From the human T2T-CHM13v2.0 reference genome, Homo sapiens, in the NCBI RefSeq assembly GCF_009914755.1, contig NC_060930.1: DNA of 64,000 bases, one strand, 5' to 3'. The notes under the pieces were generated by a model that saw nothing but the letters and a program-made list of their open reading frames with translations, was not told where the DNA came from and searched no databases. Position 1 is the stretch's first letter; the number at the start of each line of letters is the position of its first letter. The translations under genes were made by a program, and so were the position numbers. Shown one piece after another: positions 12,118-25,330 of this stretch.

Positions 12118-15100
12118 TGTGTTCTGCTCTTCCAAAAGTCTGCAAAGGAAAATATCTGGAACCAGCTAGGGAAAGAGGATGGTGGAGTTAAGCAAGATAA
12201 GTTGGGTTGATTTGTTCCTTAATAAAGGTGAGCCTGAATTACAAGGGAAGAGTGTGACAATGCTATAGAAAGAAGCAGGGACAAAAACAAAGCCCGTCAG
12301 GAGTTCTAGAAGAATGGGATCTAGCTATAAAGAAAACAGCAAGATTCCAGTTCCTCAGAATCTGGAAGGAAGATACAGAAGATGAAGACAAAACTCTGCT
12401 GTTGCCAGATGGTCTCCATCTTCTCAGTTAAGGAGCAGTGTTATCGTCTGTATCCACTTGTTGGATCTGTAACTTTTATGAGTTCCATCTTTACCTTTGT
12501 GCCATCTTTGTCTTATCACTGGAGAATCCAGCAACCTTTAACGATTTTTAATAAAAAAATTTATGAAATAAAAATTAATGTTTGGAATTACACCTGTTTT
12601 GTTTCACATAAGTGGCCAATTAAAGCAGCTCATAGATCAGCTGGACTGATAGGTTTTTATTTTACCAGAAATGAGTACAGTTTTCTAAAGCACACATGTA
12701 GCTTGATAATAAGAGTGATCTGTACCTAATAAAGCTAGCCAAAGCACTAAGGAAAACATTTTTTCTGTTAAATCAGGCCAACACAAACTGCCTACAAGTT
12801 TAACACATCAAAGACTTGTTCGTGTGAATATAGGGTTAGTTTAGTACCGCTGTTTGTTCATCCAAGCAAAAAATGGATAATCTAGTCTCAGCAAATTATT
12901 TTTGTTGCTGTTACATTTTTTAAAAATCTTGCTTTGACTTGATAAATACAAAGAAATCAAATATGAACAATTCACATTTGACATTTTCCCTTTCTAAATA
13001 AAAGGCACAAGGTGTAAAAATTCATTTTAGGAATCTTACTTGTGAATTGTAAACTCAATTACTTTTGAAATCTTTTAATCTATAAAGTTTACACTGTGGT
13101 AGATTGTCTACATATCTCATGTGAAGAGATAATTTTTTTCCTGGGGTCCATTTAATGAAATAGAGCAAAACGGAGACACCATATTAAGAACTCTTGCTAT
13201 GGAAATATTTATTAATTTTTGTGCATGTTGATATTTGTGCTTGAGGTTCAATATAGATTTTATTTTAGCATATTCTTCTCTATCAACAGCAATCTTAGCC
13301 AATCACAGGAATGTATAATCAAATATTGCTTTAAGAGTAAATTCCTCAGTAAATAAGATTCTGAAACCAATGACTGGAGACTGGGCCTGTTTAAAACCCC
13401 CTCAAATTCTCTTTATAGGATTATTCAGAATAAAGCACAGGAAATCTCTGAGACAAGACACATCTAGTCTCCTACCCTGCTGGGGATCTCCTACACACTT
13501 TTTACTGTTTAAAATATTATTTAGTACCCATAGATTTTGTTTCAAGTGTAGCTCACTCATATTTGAGACAAAAATTTTCCTTGTACATGTATTTTAAACT
13601 ATTCAGGATCATTAGAAAACATCTAAGGGTCAGCAAGCTTGTGTGTGTATATGTGTGTTTATCAAGAAAGAAACAGATTTCTACAGATTTTTTATTGAAG
13701 AACTGTAAAATGTATTAATACAGTACAATTTTAAAAATATAGATCTGTTACTAAGAAGAATGAAATGATTTTATTTGGGATAACAGTTCACTTATTGAAG
13801 TTCAAAGTTTAGTGTGCCCTGTCATCAAAATCAGTTGTCTATATTGATTTGTCAGTGCTGATGGGTAATGAGATTTTGCATATTTCATCCTTGAAAATGT
13901 ATTTTCACACAGATTCTTGCTGCCAAACACTGATACCAATTCATGATATCAGCATAACATGGTTTTAACTGAGCATTTAGCACTTGGAAGGCATTTGCAG
14001 AATTCTATTAGATTCTACTTCCTCTATTTGTCTTTTATCAGATCAATCACTTGCAATTGACGGTTAGATGGAAGCGCCACTCAATTGCACAGTTAAATGG
14101 ATTTTTAAATATTAACATTTCCTTTGCGCTTGCATCAAGATCTGAAAAATGCTGTTGGATATGTGGTTTGATCTCAGAAAATATATCTGCTCCAAATTTG
14201 TTTTGGAGTGGAGAGCATGCTTAATGCTTTAACTTTGACAGCATGGTAACTGCATAAAGCAGCTTGACATTACTTGGGATTTAAACATTAGTTGTTGTTA
14301 AAAATGATTTTATTGCAGTATTCATTTTACATAAAAGCAAATTTTTTTCATGTAACTTCAGGTTGAACACATTAAGAAACATTAAGTCCATAACAGAAGC
14401 TAGTTTAAAAGTGTTTGATAGTAGTGGTTGAAGGCAGGTCTTCCTACTGAGGAAAAATTTCAGTCTCAGCCATGAGCCCAATAAATCACAGTAAAACCTT
14501 ACCACTACTAAACCATCAAAGTATGGTGTGGCAGAGCAAGTCAAGGTGTTAAGCTTCTGTTTCTGACAAAAATTTGTAGAAGCGATGGAAGTTAAGTCTT
14601 TGAGAATGAAACCAACTGTTGATACTACTGGCTCAAGGACGTATGAGATTCAGATATTTTCCAAAGTGTCTACCGATGAATAACACCATCAGCTTACATT
14701 TTCACAAGCTTTTGTAAATTAATTTACTTAAGTCTTTTTGTGTTTCACACGTTTTTAGCCACCATCAGTTGTAACATATAGCAGATTCCACTTCAGGTTG
14801 TGATGAATTAGCATTTTCTCAACCTCTTTGAAAATATTCTTGCCTATAGTTAATCTGTGCAAACTATTCATGAAGGCTAATTTTCATTCACTTTAATTTT
14901 GGTATTCACCTCACTAATAAACAACAACTTAGCAGCGTTGGTGACATCTGTCAATTCATCAAAGCCAAGGAAAAATACAAAATCATTTGCTTTGTTTTCT
15001 GGCTGACTGTTGGTGTTGGTCCTGATGTCTTCAACTAAGTAAGTATAGAACATTGAGAAGGGAAAGGTAGCGAGAGGAGATTAGACAAGAGGATTCGGAT

Positions 15101-15640
15101 TATCATGGGCCTTATTTGCTCATCATTGATAAAGTTTGGAGATGTATCTTCTAGAACATTGATTTTTTTGGACTTTTTTTGTTTGTTTGCTTGTTCTCAT
15201 TCATGATGTTTTAATGGGGGGAAAAATCTAAAACGGAAACCCAATATGTGACAGTTAATCTAACACTGTTTTGATGGAAAAGTCAGGAAGTAGAAGGCCT
15301 AGAACCCCACAAGCTCCTTCCCTTTCCCACAGAAGTTTGAAAACAATTGTTTTTAGCACAGAGTGAAAAATAGCAGTTTTACAGCAGGGGAATATGTGAT
15401 AAGATGTGCTTGGAGCAGAATGCCTTTGCATTACAGGAGAAAGGGGCAGGATGCTTGTTTGATCACCAGTTATGTATTAAACACTGAACTATTTTAAAGC
15501 ACCATTTTATTTAATCTTCATGGGAACATAATATGTATTATCACCATTTTATAAAATGAAGAAAGTACAATTCAAATACATAGTTATGGGTTGGTTTATT
15601 TCTTAAGTTCTATCAGTTACAGGATCTCAAGTCTCTGGAA

Positions 15641-15850
15641 CAGTGCTGCCCAATAGAGCTTTCTGCAGTGATGGAAATATTCTATATCTGTGCTGTGGAA
15701 CATGGTGGTGCCTAGCCATATGTGGTGTCAAATACCTGAAATGTGGCTAGTGCAATTGAGGAACTGAATCTTTAATTTTATTTGCTTTCAGTTCATTTTA
15801 ATTTAACTAGCCATGTGTAGCTACCCACTACTGTATTGGATAGTTCAGCT
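15641..15850. mobile_element. MER3 hAT-Charlie MITE
   Basis: cagtgctgcccaatagagctttctgcagtgatggaaatattcta...tgaaatgtggctagtg...gtattggatag. Confidence 0.82.
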
Positions 15851-16061
15851 CTAGATTACAGTCATTCAAACTGATTCATTCTCCAGTGATTCTGCCTTAC
15901 TTTGCCACTAAAGATTATGCGATTTACATTTACTTAATTTTGTTAAATGTGTCACATAAATATTTAATTTCACCTATTACAGATAAAAGTTGACAATCAG
16001 ATCTCAATAAATATTATTTATGGAATTTGGGTTTTCTTTCTTAGAAAGGGAGCTAGGTAAC

Positions 16062-16560
16062 TCTTTCATTGACTCATTGATGTGTATTAAGTGCCTACTT
16101 TGTGTCAGGCACCTGAGCTCTGGACCCTGGGAATATTGTAACATGAAAGACAAGCATGATTACTGTCCACAAGGAATTTAATTGGCCTAGTGGAGAAGAT
16201 TTAGAAATAACAAGCAGTTATAATGGAACATTAAAAAATACAAGGGAGTTTGGCAGCTTGGAAAGACCACTGAAGATACTCTAACTTGAAGGAAGCTTTC
16301 CCAGAGGAAAAGTTCTTTAAGTAGAGGCCTGAACAGAGGAGAGTTTAGCTCTGTCAAATAGATTTAGAGGAGCAGTAAGAAAAATATTCTGTGTGTGGAG
16401 GCCAGTAGGCTAGAAGGCATGGGGATTTAGGAAGGGAATTGAAGCTCAATGGTGCTGAACTGCAATGTGTGGGATATGGAGCCCCTGTGATAGATTCTGT
16501 AGGGGTCAGACTTCTGAGCACACAGCAGGGCTGGGGGCAGAAGGTAACAGAATAATCAGC
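16062..16560 (-). mobile_element. L2 3' region, decayed
   Basis: ttcattgactcatt...tattaagtgcctactttgtgtcaggcac is the reverse of an L2 3' end. Confidence 0.6.
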
Positions 16561-16709
16561 ACACACTATAAACCTAGAAGATATTTAGCATTTTAACAGA
16601 AAGCAAAAATTTTTTACAAAGGTATTCAGAGATCTCTTTTTTGTACCAATCTGAAATTACTTTTAAAATGGTCATTCCTTTTTTCTTAAACTGCTCTAAC
16701 TTATCATAG

Positions 16710-16908
16710 CAAGCTTGTCCAACCCACAGCCCAGGACAGCTTTGAATGCAGCCCAAAACAAATTTGTAAACTTTCTTAAAATATTATGAGTTTTTTTGTG
16801 ATTTTTTTTGGGGCTCATCAGCTATCATTAGTTAATGTATTTTATGTATGGCCCAAGACAATTCTTCTTCCAGTGTGGCCCAGAGAAGCCAAAATATTGG
16901 ACACCCCT
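16710..16908. mobile_element. MER30 hAT-Charlie MITE
   Basis: caagcttgtccaaccc...tttgaatgcagccc...gctcatcagctatc...ttggacacccct. Confidence 0.85.
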
Positions 16909-17158
16909 TCTGTAAAGGTTAATTTGAAAGATGACCAGTGTATAAGGCTTTTTTCAGTTGTCCATTTATTTAATTTTTACTTTTCTCATCTATGAATGGA
17001 GAAAATATCATCCAGTATATCTAACGCTGATTTCAGTAATAGCATTACCTACCTAGGTGTGAATATTCAAGAGCCAGTATTATATATTTATTCTCACATT
17101 CAGCTTCTTCATTGAGAGCTGAGTCTTCAAAAGCTGCCTGCACATTTATTGTGTAAGT

Positions 17159-17488
17159 CAGGGGTCCCCAACCCCCAGGACACGGACTGATACCAGTCCA
17201 TGGCCTGTTAGGATCCGGGCCACTCAGCAGGAGGGGAGCAAGCATTACTGCCCAAGCTCCGCCTTCTCTCAGATCAGCTGTGTTATTACATTCTTACAGG
17301 AGCACGAACCCTATTGTGAACTGCGCATGTGAGGGATCTAGGTTGCACGTTCCTTATGAGAATCTAACACCTGATGATCTGAGGCGGAACAATTTCATCC
17401 TGAAACCATCTCCCCAAACCCCCAAGTCCATGGAAAAAATGTCTTCCAGGAGACCGATTCCTGGTGCTAAAAAGTTTGGGGACTGCTG
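17159..17488. mobile_element. MER1B hAT-Charlie MITE with 8-bp TSD (GTGTAAGT/GTATAAGT)
   Basis: caggggtccccaacccc...tttggggactgctg terminal inverted repeats; TSD at 17151-17158 and 17489-17496. Confidence 0.9.
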
Positions 17489-20400
17489 GTATAAGTAGTA
17501 TAAACTTAACACATGATGACATTGATATTAATATTAGGAATTTCACTCAGCAATTAGTTTTCTTGTTTCTGTACTGTTAACCTAATGGAGAATGGGCGAG
17601 CCATCATTACCATTACCTTTAACAGCTCAACAGTAAGCTTTATTGATAGTGAGAACCAGGATAAAAATTATCACCTTGTGGAATATGGAGAACATTTACA
17701 GGTCAGTACCTTTGCACCTGTATTTTTGTTATGTTTATTTCCTCACTAAACATTGAAGAACTTCAGAGTTCTAAAAGGCTTTGATTAATTTTAACTTTTG
17801 GAAGCATTTCTATAAAATATGGAATCAGAACAGTATCATGCCTGTAAGAATCACTCAAATTTTTTTTTAGAGAAATGCAAAGTATGATTGAAACATGGGG
17901 GACTGAGCCATATGAACTAATGTCAGTCACTAGACATGCCATATAATTTTTTCTATTTTGTTGTCTACTATTCCATTTTTTCTGTCCATGCATGACAGTT
18001 TTAATGTTGTATGTGGAAGAGTTGTGAAAAATTAGTGTAGTTTCAGTGGCTGATTTTGTGCAGTAAACATTAAGTCAGTTCCCATGAACAGCCCCCTGGT
18101 GCAACCCTTAATAAATGCAAACTTTATTTTTAGTACTGACCTTTCGTAATGTGAGCCTTGATCCATTGAGATGCTGTTCACTTTTGATGCGTCTCCAAAT
18201 CCCTTTTTTTATGCATTTTAAATCAACACACGCTTGCTCTGAATTTATGCATGTGGATAGACGGAGATGTAATTTAAACACATCTGTTCAAATATGCATT
18301 TCAGATCAACTTGGTGCCGATTCTCATAATACGATGGAGTTTTTGACGAGTATTATATCCCTAAAGTACACAACAGATGGTATTTATTAGAGACTGAATA
18401 GAAATGAAGTTTAAGGATGTTGAGCTTTTTGTCTTAAGTCACTCATTTTTTAGTCATAAAAAATAATGGGCTGAAGTCTTGTACCCCTATGATAAAGCTT
18501 TGTGTGAGACTATTTTCTTTGAGATGAATGTCTCTCAGTCAAGTTGAGATTAACTATATATTTTTGTTGAGGAGACACCATCACCAGGAAAATGTAGATC
18601 AGAAAGGGGTAAATAATAGGTTATTACCAATTAGATACTAGCTACAATTAATACTTAAGTTGTGTAAATTATGGATTTAAATAGATTGAATAGCTTCACT
18701 AAAAATTCGTATTTAATTTAGGCACATATCAATGAGTAATTTCAAATTTATTAAAATATTATTATACTTCAGGGTCATTATTTCAGTGCCTAAAACAATA
18801 TTTTAAAAGTAATCTTCAAAGCGAACTTTTTCTCCCCAAATACTTATACTAAGAATAAATGACATAATATACCTATGATATACTGGCCTAAAATTAGTGT
18901 ACAGAAATTAATTGCATTGAATAATGCATAGACATGCATTGTTCTTTCCCTAATTCCTCACTTCCCTCTCTTTTTCAAGCATTGTGCCCACATCTGCCTT
19001 TTTGCCCACACCTGAAGATGAGAAACTGATAAGACTGCAGTTGCCCATAGATAGATGATAAGCCCTCCGGGAGGGACCAGTAATTGTTGCAGGGTTTTCA
19101 GAGCTGTAAGAACTAGTTCTTAACACTTATTTTTCTCTCCAGAGCTTATAACATTGGGAACCAGTTCCAAAGAGCTGGATCAAGGATAAGAAACAAAATC
19201 TATATATGCATACCTTTTTCTTGCATTTGGTAGGAAGCTGTGTTCTCACGTCTGCAATCAGATGCAAGTAAACCAGACTGAGATTACTTGCAAGCTATTA
19301 TTGACTTCTATATACAACACCACAAATAAATCTTTTTCTCATAGATTAGAGAGAGTGCAAAAGGAAACAGGTGATTTGTGAGGTAACCTGCCGTTATGTT
19401 AGGCAGTAATAGAAAACATTTTAAAATATTTGAAATAATATAATTGCTTTGCACTGGGAACACGTACATGAATAAAAGATGTTAGCAGGTGTCCTAACTA
19501 GTATGGAATCTCATGCTGTTGTATTTATTGGAAATATGCACACCATCAGCAGATGTAAATTTGTAAAAAGTAATCGAAACAGAAGAAGGATTGAATAAAA
19601 AAACTCAGGCTTAAATCATGTAATTCCTTTCAACCAAATTTTCAATGTAATAAAATACAGTTTTTGTATCAAATTACCTTTCTATCTTAGATTTTTTTTT
19701 TCAATGTTACTCTGAAAATCTTTTTTTTTTTTTGGTATTCTGGATTATTTTCTTTAAAATGCTTTCTTACACAACATATAATACTTGCCTATCGTATTTG
19801 GTACTGGATAATTTGATAAAGGTTTTTGTATAGCATTTAAAATTTTTGATGAATAGGGACTTAATGCTTAGTATATCTTTGGACTGTAATTTATGTGGTT
19901 AGTAGCATACAGTCTGGTAAAATCACGTAACATCAAATAAAAGTCCAAAGAAACATTTCCTTCATGTTTCATGTGTATCAGTAAAATTGCTTTTGATAAA
20001 ATAAGTTACATGGATAACACAGGTTTAGCTATTTACAGAGATTCTGTTTTCAAATCTTTGATGTGGGACTTAATTTTGAGGGACATATTCTAAGGGTAGA
20101 GGATATTTGGTATGCATTTTGAATCTGGTAAATAAAAAATAGTCATCTAGAATGCAATTTGTTTCCTGGTGAAAATGATTTTCTTCATTTCTTTTTGTGC
20201 TATTTTTATCCCTTTAAATGTTTTAACTACCAGGGAAAATTTCTAGTTGAGGCACTCAAGTCTTAATCCATTTTGAGTCTGCTGCAGCTCCTTCCCAATG
20301 TCTCTTACAAATTAAATACATAAATCCCATGTATTGGTCTTCTATCTAATATTTTAACTGTACACCCCCATTTCCCACCCACCCTACTCCACCACCATAC

Positions 20401-21049
20401 CACCATTCACCCCTGTCTCTGCTTCTCTACTAACAAACACTGTTTTAGAACCTCACTGCACATGAAGCACCAGGGAGGTAAAAGCTGGATGTAACGTGGT
20501 CCCTGCCCTACCTGCACTTATAGTTCATCCCTTACACAACTAACACCTCTCTCGTGGCACTGGGTACTCTGGTAGATGTCTTGGTTAACAGCCTCTCCTT
20601 CCAGTCACGTCCAAGCTTAAAATCCTAGAATCATATTCACTCCCTTTTTACTGTCTCCACTTCCTTCTACCACCACCTGCCTCCACTCAAGTCAGTCACC
20701 TAATCAGCCACCATTTCCAATGATTACACCTCTTCTTACACTCCTTCCCCTACCTGCCCCACTGTCACTATCCTATTTGACGCCAGTACTATCTTGTATT
20801 CTGTCATGTCTGTTTCATCGATCTCATTCTTAAGGTATTTCCAGAATCATCTTACTGATGTACCGCTTCAAACGTTTTCCTCCCCACAAAAGCCTTTGAT
20901 AGCTCCTTTTCCCCAAACTTCTATATGCTGGTCCTAACCTCCTTGTTAGCTATATTACGATACTCCCATTCATAGGCCCTGCATCCTATGGTGTTTGTGA
21001 TTTGTTTCTTTCTACCTGAACGCCTCTGCTCTGGCTTTTCTTTCTGCTG

Positions 21050-21200
21050 AGAGTGTATAAAAAACAGACATAGAGATAGTAATAGTACCTACTTTATGGG
21101 AGTGCTTAGGAGGACCACGTGAGTTCATATATGGAAAGCACTTGAACCTCACACAAAATGCATCATAAATGTTTCTCATAACTCTTAATGTTATTATCAC
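21050..21200 (+). mobile_element. MIR fragment
   Basis: taatagtacctac...atatggaaagcactt...ataaatgtt. Confidence 0.55.
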
Positions 21201-21436
21201 TACCACAACTACCAGTTCTACTGCTACTGCTGGTGTACACCTAACTTAGCAGTAAGTGAGGTTTTTGAGGGAAGGTATAGCATCTTATTGTCTTTAGCAC
21301 ATAGCACAGTTATAGAGCATAGAATGTCTGCCTTCCATGATATTGGTTAAATTATCTGTCAGTTTAATTGATGGTGTTGATTAATTGAATTTTCCTCAGG
21401 ACCGAAGCCCAAAGTAAGTCTTCTGCCCACATCACA

Positions 21437-21450
21437 TATATGTGTGTGTA

Positions 21451-21483
<33 letters not shown>

Positions 21484-21486
21484 ATA
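21437..21486 (+). repeat. Imperfect (TG)n microsatellite
   Basis: Direct inspection. Confidence 0.9.
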
Positions 21487-22910
21487 AATGATTCAGTATG
21501 AGGGGGATCTACATGAACATTTAAGGTTCTTTCAGACTCCAAAAATCTATGTGATGCTGTTTCTTCATTTCCATTTTACTCTACTTAGAGATATTTTGTA
21601 TGCAACACTTGTAAGGATACTCCCAAGACTACTCTTCTCTCCTTTTGCAAAAAGCATGCTAGGCTTACTTAAGAAAAAACTCATATCTTCATGCTTTCAT
21701 CATTTGTCTCTGCACTTTTATGGCTCTGAAAGTTATTCATCATCCCTATTTTAGTGGCATTACATGCCTTTGCATTTTGCTATCTCAGAGTCATTTCCTT
21801 GTTACTTTCTGTCGTATTCGGTTTATTTATGTTAACATCTTTTAAAAGTATCGTCATGGAATTAAAAGCAATTCTTATTCAAGGCTACCTGGAGAATGTG
21901 ACTTTGTCTTTAGGAGAAAATCACTTTGTACAGGAAGCGTATTGTCACAGTGTATACAGCACTGTGTCTTGGACCTTTAGCTGTGATGAGATATAGTCAT
22001 TAGTTGTGTTTTGCCACCCCAGTTTTCTTCATTTGCTTTTCTGATCAGAAATTGATTTTGTTAAATCTGTTTGCTAAAGGAAATGTTTGCTGTAATTGGA
22101 GCTACATACATAGATTGAAGTGGAATATAAATTCTATTGATGTCACACTTTGTTTCAGTTAATTTAAGCACATTCTACATTAGGAGGGCAATCTGTGATC
22201 CTGTTATACCATGTTGTACCCAAAAACCTCTGTAGTTGTTCCTTTCATCTTTTCTTTTTCCTCCCTGTGTTATTCTTTGATTTTATCTTCTCTAAGGCCC
22301 ATAATTCTCTTTACTCCTCGACATCTCCTCATCCCACCCTTCTCTCTTGTATTGAGCCTGGCACAGTTGGTCACATTACTGTTTACCTCCACTGGTGGCT
22401 AGAAATCCTGTTTAGCCCTCTATTACACTCTGATTCTGCTTTCTTGCCTCTTACTTGTAAGTATTCAGTTATCATTGATGGGATTGAATCAAATTGTCTT
22501 TAACTCAAGCCTTCATTCTAATAGACTTTACCACTCTGATACCTGGCTGGCTGATAGCATCACACACATTTATACACTTGCTTCTTACATTGGTGGTCAC
22601 AGACAAAACTTTCTCCTTTACCAGGTTCTCTAAGTTCATAGCCCAAAACCCTTTCACAGATGCCAAAATTGTTATTAATAATGACATTATTGTTAATTTT
22701 TATAAATGCTAACTTTATGTTGACATAGTATAATCATTAGTATTTATAGTTAATAAATTATTCATGATTCTTCTAAATATTCAGTTGAGCTGGTTTGAAA
22801 GGCAGTAGTTTTCAAGTCCTGGTTTCTCTGTGCAAACACTTCACTTTTCTAAACCTCTGTAAGCTAGACATATCCCCCTTCCTTCTCAGAAGGTTGTTTT
22901 GATGTCTCCG

Positions 22911-23262
22911 TGTCTTAATCCGTTTGTGCTGCTGTAACCAAATACCTGAGACTGGGCAATTTATAAACTATAGAAATTTATTTCTCACAGTTCTAGAGGC
23001 TGGGAAGTCTATGATCAAGGCACCAGCAGGTTCAGTGTCAGGAGAAGGCTCATTCCTCACAGATGGCACTGCCCGGCTTCTTCAAATGGCAGAAGGGAGG
23101 GAGGGACAAGATAGAGTGCTCCCTTCAGCCTTGCCCTTTTATAAGGCTCTGCCTTCATGATGTCATCACTTCCCAAAGACCACACCTCTATTAATACTAT
23201 AGCATTGCGGATTCAGTTTCAACATAGATTTTGAATGGGACACCATCATTCAAACCATAGCA
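22911..23262 (-). mobile_element. MST-type MaLR solo LTR (MSTD-like)
   Basis: tgtcttaatccgtttgtgctgctgtaac...ttctagaggctgggaagtc...ttcaaaccatagca. Confidence 0.82.
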
Positions 23263-24099
23263 CTTGGCGAAATAGCACAGAAAAAGGACTATAGCATGTG
23301 ACCTTCTTTGGGTTTTTATGGTCATTAGCTAGATCGGAATGATATAGCAGGCAGGAATACTTTGGTTTGCCAGGAATACTCCTGGCAGTGACTGTTCAGG
23401 ACTTGGTATCAAGCACCGCTATAGTTATCTAAATAATCCTCAGATTCTTTTGCCAAAAATGATGTAATCAGTGCTACTTTCTAGACCTTGCATAGTTTGG
23501 GACATGAGCATGAGGTAAAGTGTTAAAAATTAACAAGATGTGTTTGTTTTCTCCCTGACTCTGAGTCAGGGGCTAGTTGTACCTATTAACATTTCTACTC
23601 CCGTGGGCACCTGTCTCCCTTTCCCTTATTTAGAGGCACCACTGAAAATGTGCGTGATGAAATCTGAACTTGCATGAATATCTCCTTGTTGGCTGCTAGC
23701 ACAGATGTGTTATCTGGTGAGGATTTTTCCTAGATTTCTTTCCCCTGGCTAAAACAGTAAATGCATAAGTAAAGCACTAGGAGTCAGAGATCCTAATCCC
23801 AGGCCTTTTCTACTGTAAACTAGCTCTGTGTCCATGGACAAGTGACCTTATCCTCAGTGCCCTTGTTTTTTAATATGAGAGTAGCAATCTAATGATGGAG
23901 GGGTGCTGAGAAAATAACTTCATGTGGGTATTTTTATTTAGCAGTTGTGTGGGTCATCCGATGGCGTCTCAAGTCACTATTCAATGACACCTGATAGTCA
24001 TTGTTTCTGAGAAAGGGGGCCTTTTGGAACAAATGCATCTGGCACTATTTAACATTCACTGCCCTCCATCAGTGGGAGGCAGCTTATTATTTCAGATCA

Positions 24100-24275
24100 C
24101 AGACAGGAAGGATTCAGATCCTGACTCTGCTGCTTATTGTTGTGTGACATTGGGCAGCTTACATGACCTTTCTCTGTGTCCACTGCCATGTCTGTAAACT
24201 GAGGAAAATATTGCATATCTCACTGATTACTCTGAGGATTAAATGAGTTGATATATGAAAAGAGTGCCTTCCACA
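24100..24275 (+). mobile_element. MIR
   Basis: ttcagatcctgactctgc...tgtgtgacattgggcag...tctgtaaa...gaggattaaatgag; another MIR-like piece lies at about 23770-23900. Confidence 0.7.
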
Positions 24276-25203
24276 TTCTTGGTTCAGAGAGGCTGGTGTT
24301 AGAAGATGCCACACTATTAACCTGATAGTTAGCTAATTCACATGTGACTAATGTTATTTCCTTCCCTCCGTGACTTTGGGGATGGTTGCAGTGTCTTGAT
24401 ATTCTGTAATATAGCGGCTTTGTTCTTAAGTTTTAAAGTGTTTCTTGGCATAGGGTCAGCTACCACCAGCATTCAAGCCATACCCAGCATTCCAGCACTG
24501 CTGCCTGGGTATGTAAGAAGAAGGGGGCAGTGGGTAGTGGGCTCCCTTGGAGCCGCTGTTGTGGCAAGAAAGGACTTTGGTCACTCACAGTCAGGAAGAG
24601 TCTAGGAGTGCTTTGCAGGTCAGTGAAGCCTGTCCCAGGCAGTGCTCATGGCTGTGGGGAGCTGTGAAGCAGCCGCAGCTGACAGGCCAGCCAGGCGTGG
24701 CGTGAGACACAACGGAGCTGCTCCTTTTGAGGCAGAGATTTTGGCCAAATGTGTATCCAAGAGGCAGTGTCATAAAAAGTGACAGGGCCTTCACATAAAA
24801 GCTACAACGTCTAACAAACAGACACATTTCATGTGAGTTTCACAGGGAAAGGGCTCTTGGCCACCTGCCACCTCCCTGCCACAGCAGCCCCCATAGATGC
24901 TGACAGTTGAGAACCTTGTCGAGAACATATCATCCAGTTAACAAATGAGTTTAGAATGACGAGACTTACACCCTTCAAAAATAGACGCAAGCAACTGTAA
25001 CCTAGAATTAGAATGAAATCTCCACTTCATCTCCTCCTCGTAAACCTTGCTTCAACCTTAAAGACTCCATCTTGTACCCCTTTCCCCAAAATTTTAACTG
25101 AAAGTTGCAAATAAATTCAAGTTGTTCAAAATAAGCATTGACCAAATGTTCTGATTAATTCTAAAAATAGAATTGAGCTTGAAACAATTCTTAGTTAACT
25201 GAT

Positions 25204-25330
25204 TTTTTGTGTTTTTTTTTTTTAAGAGATGGAGTCTCACCATGTTGCCCAGGTTGGCCTTGAACTCCTAGATCCTTCCGTCTCAGCCTCATGAGTAGCT
25301 AGGACTACAGGTGTGTGTTACTGAGCCAGG
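25204..25330 (-). mobile_element. Alu monomer fragment (FAM/FLAM-like)
   Basis: gagatggagtctcaccatgttgcccagg...gtagctaggactacagg. Confidence 0.75.
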
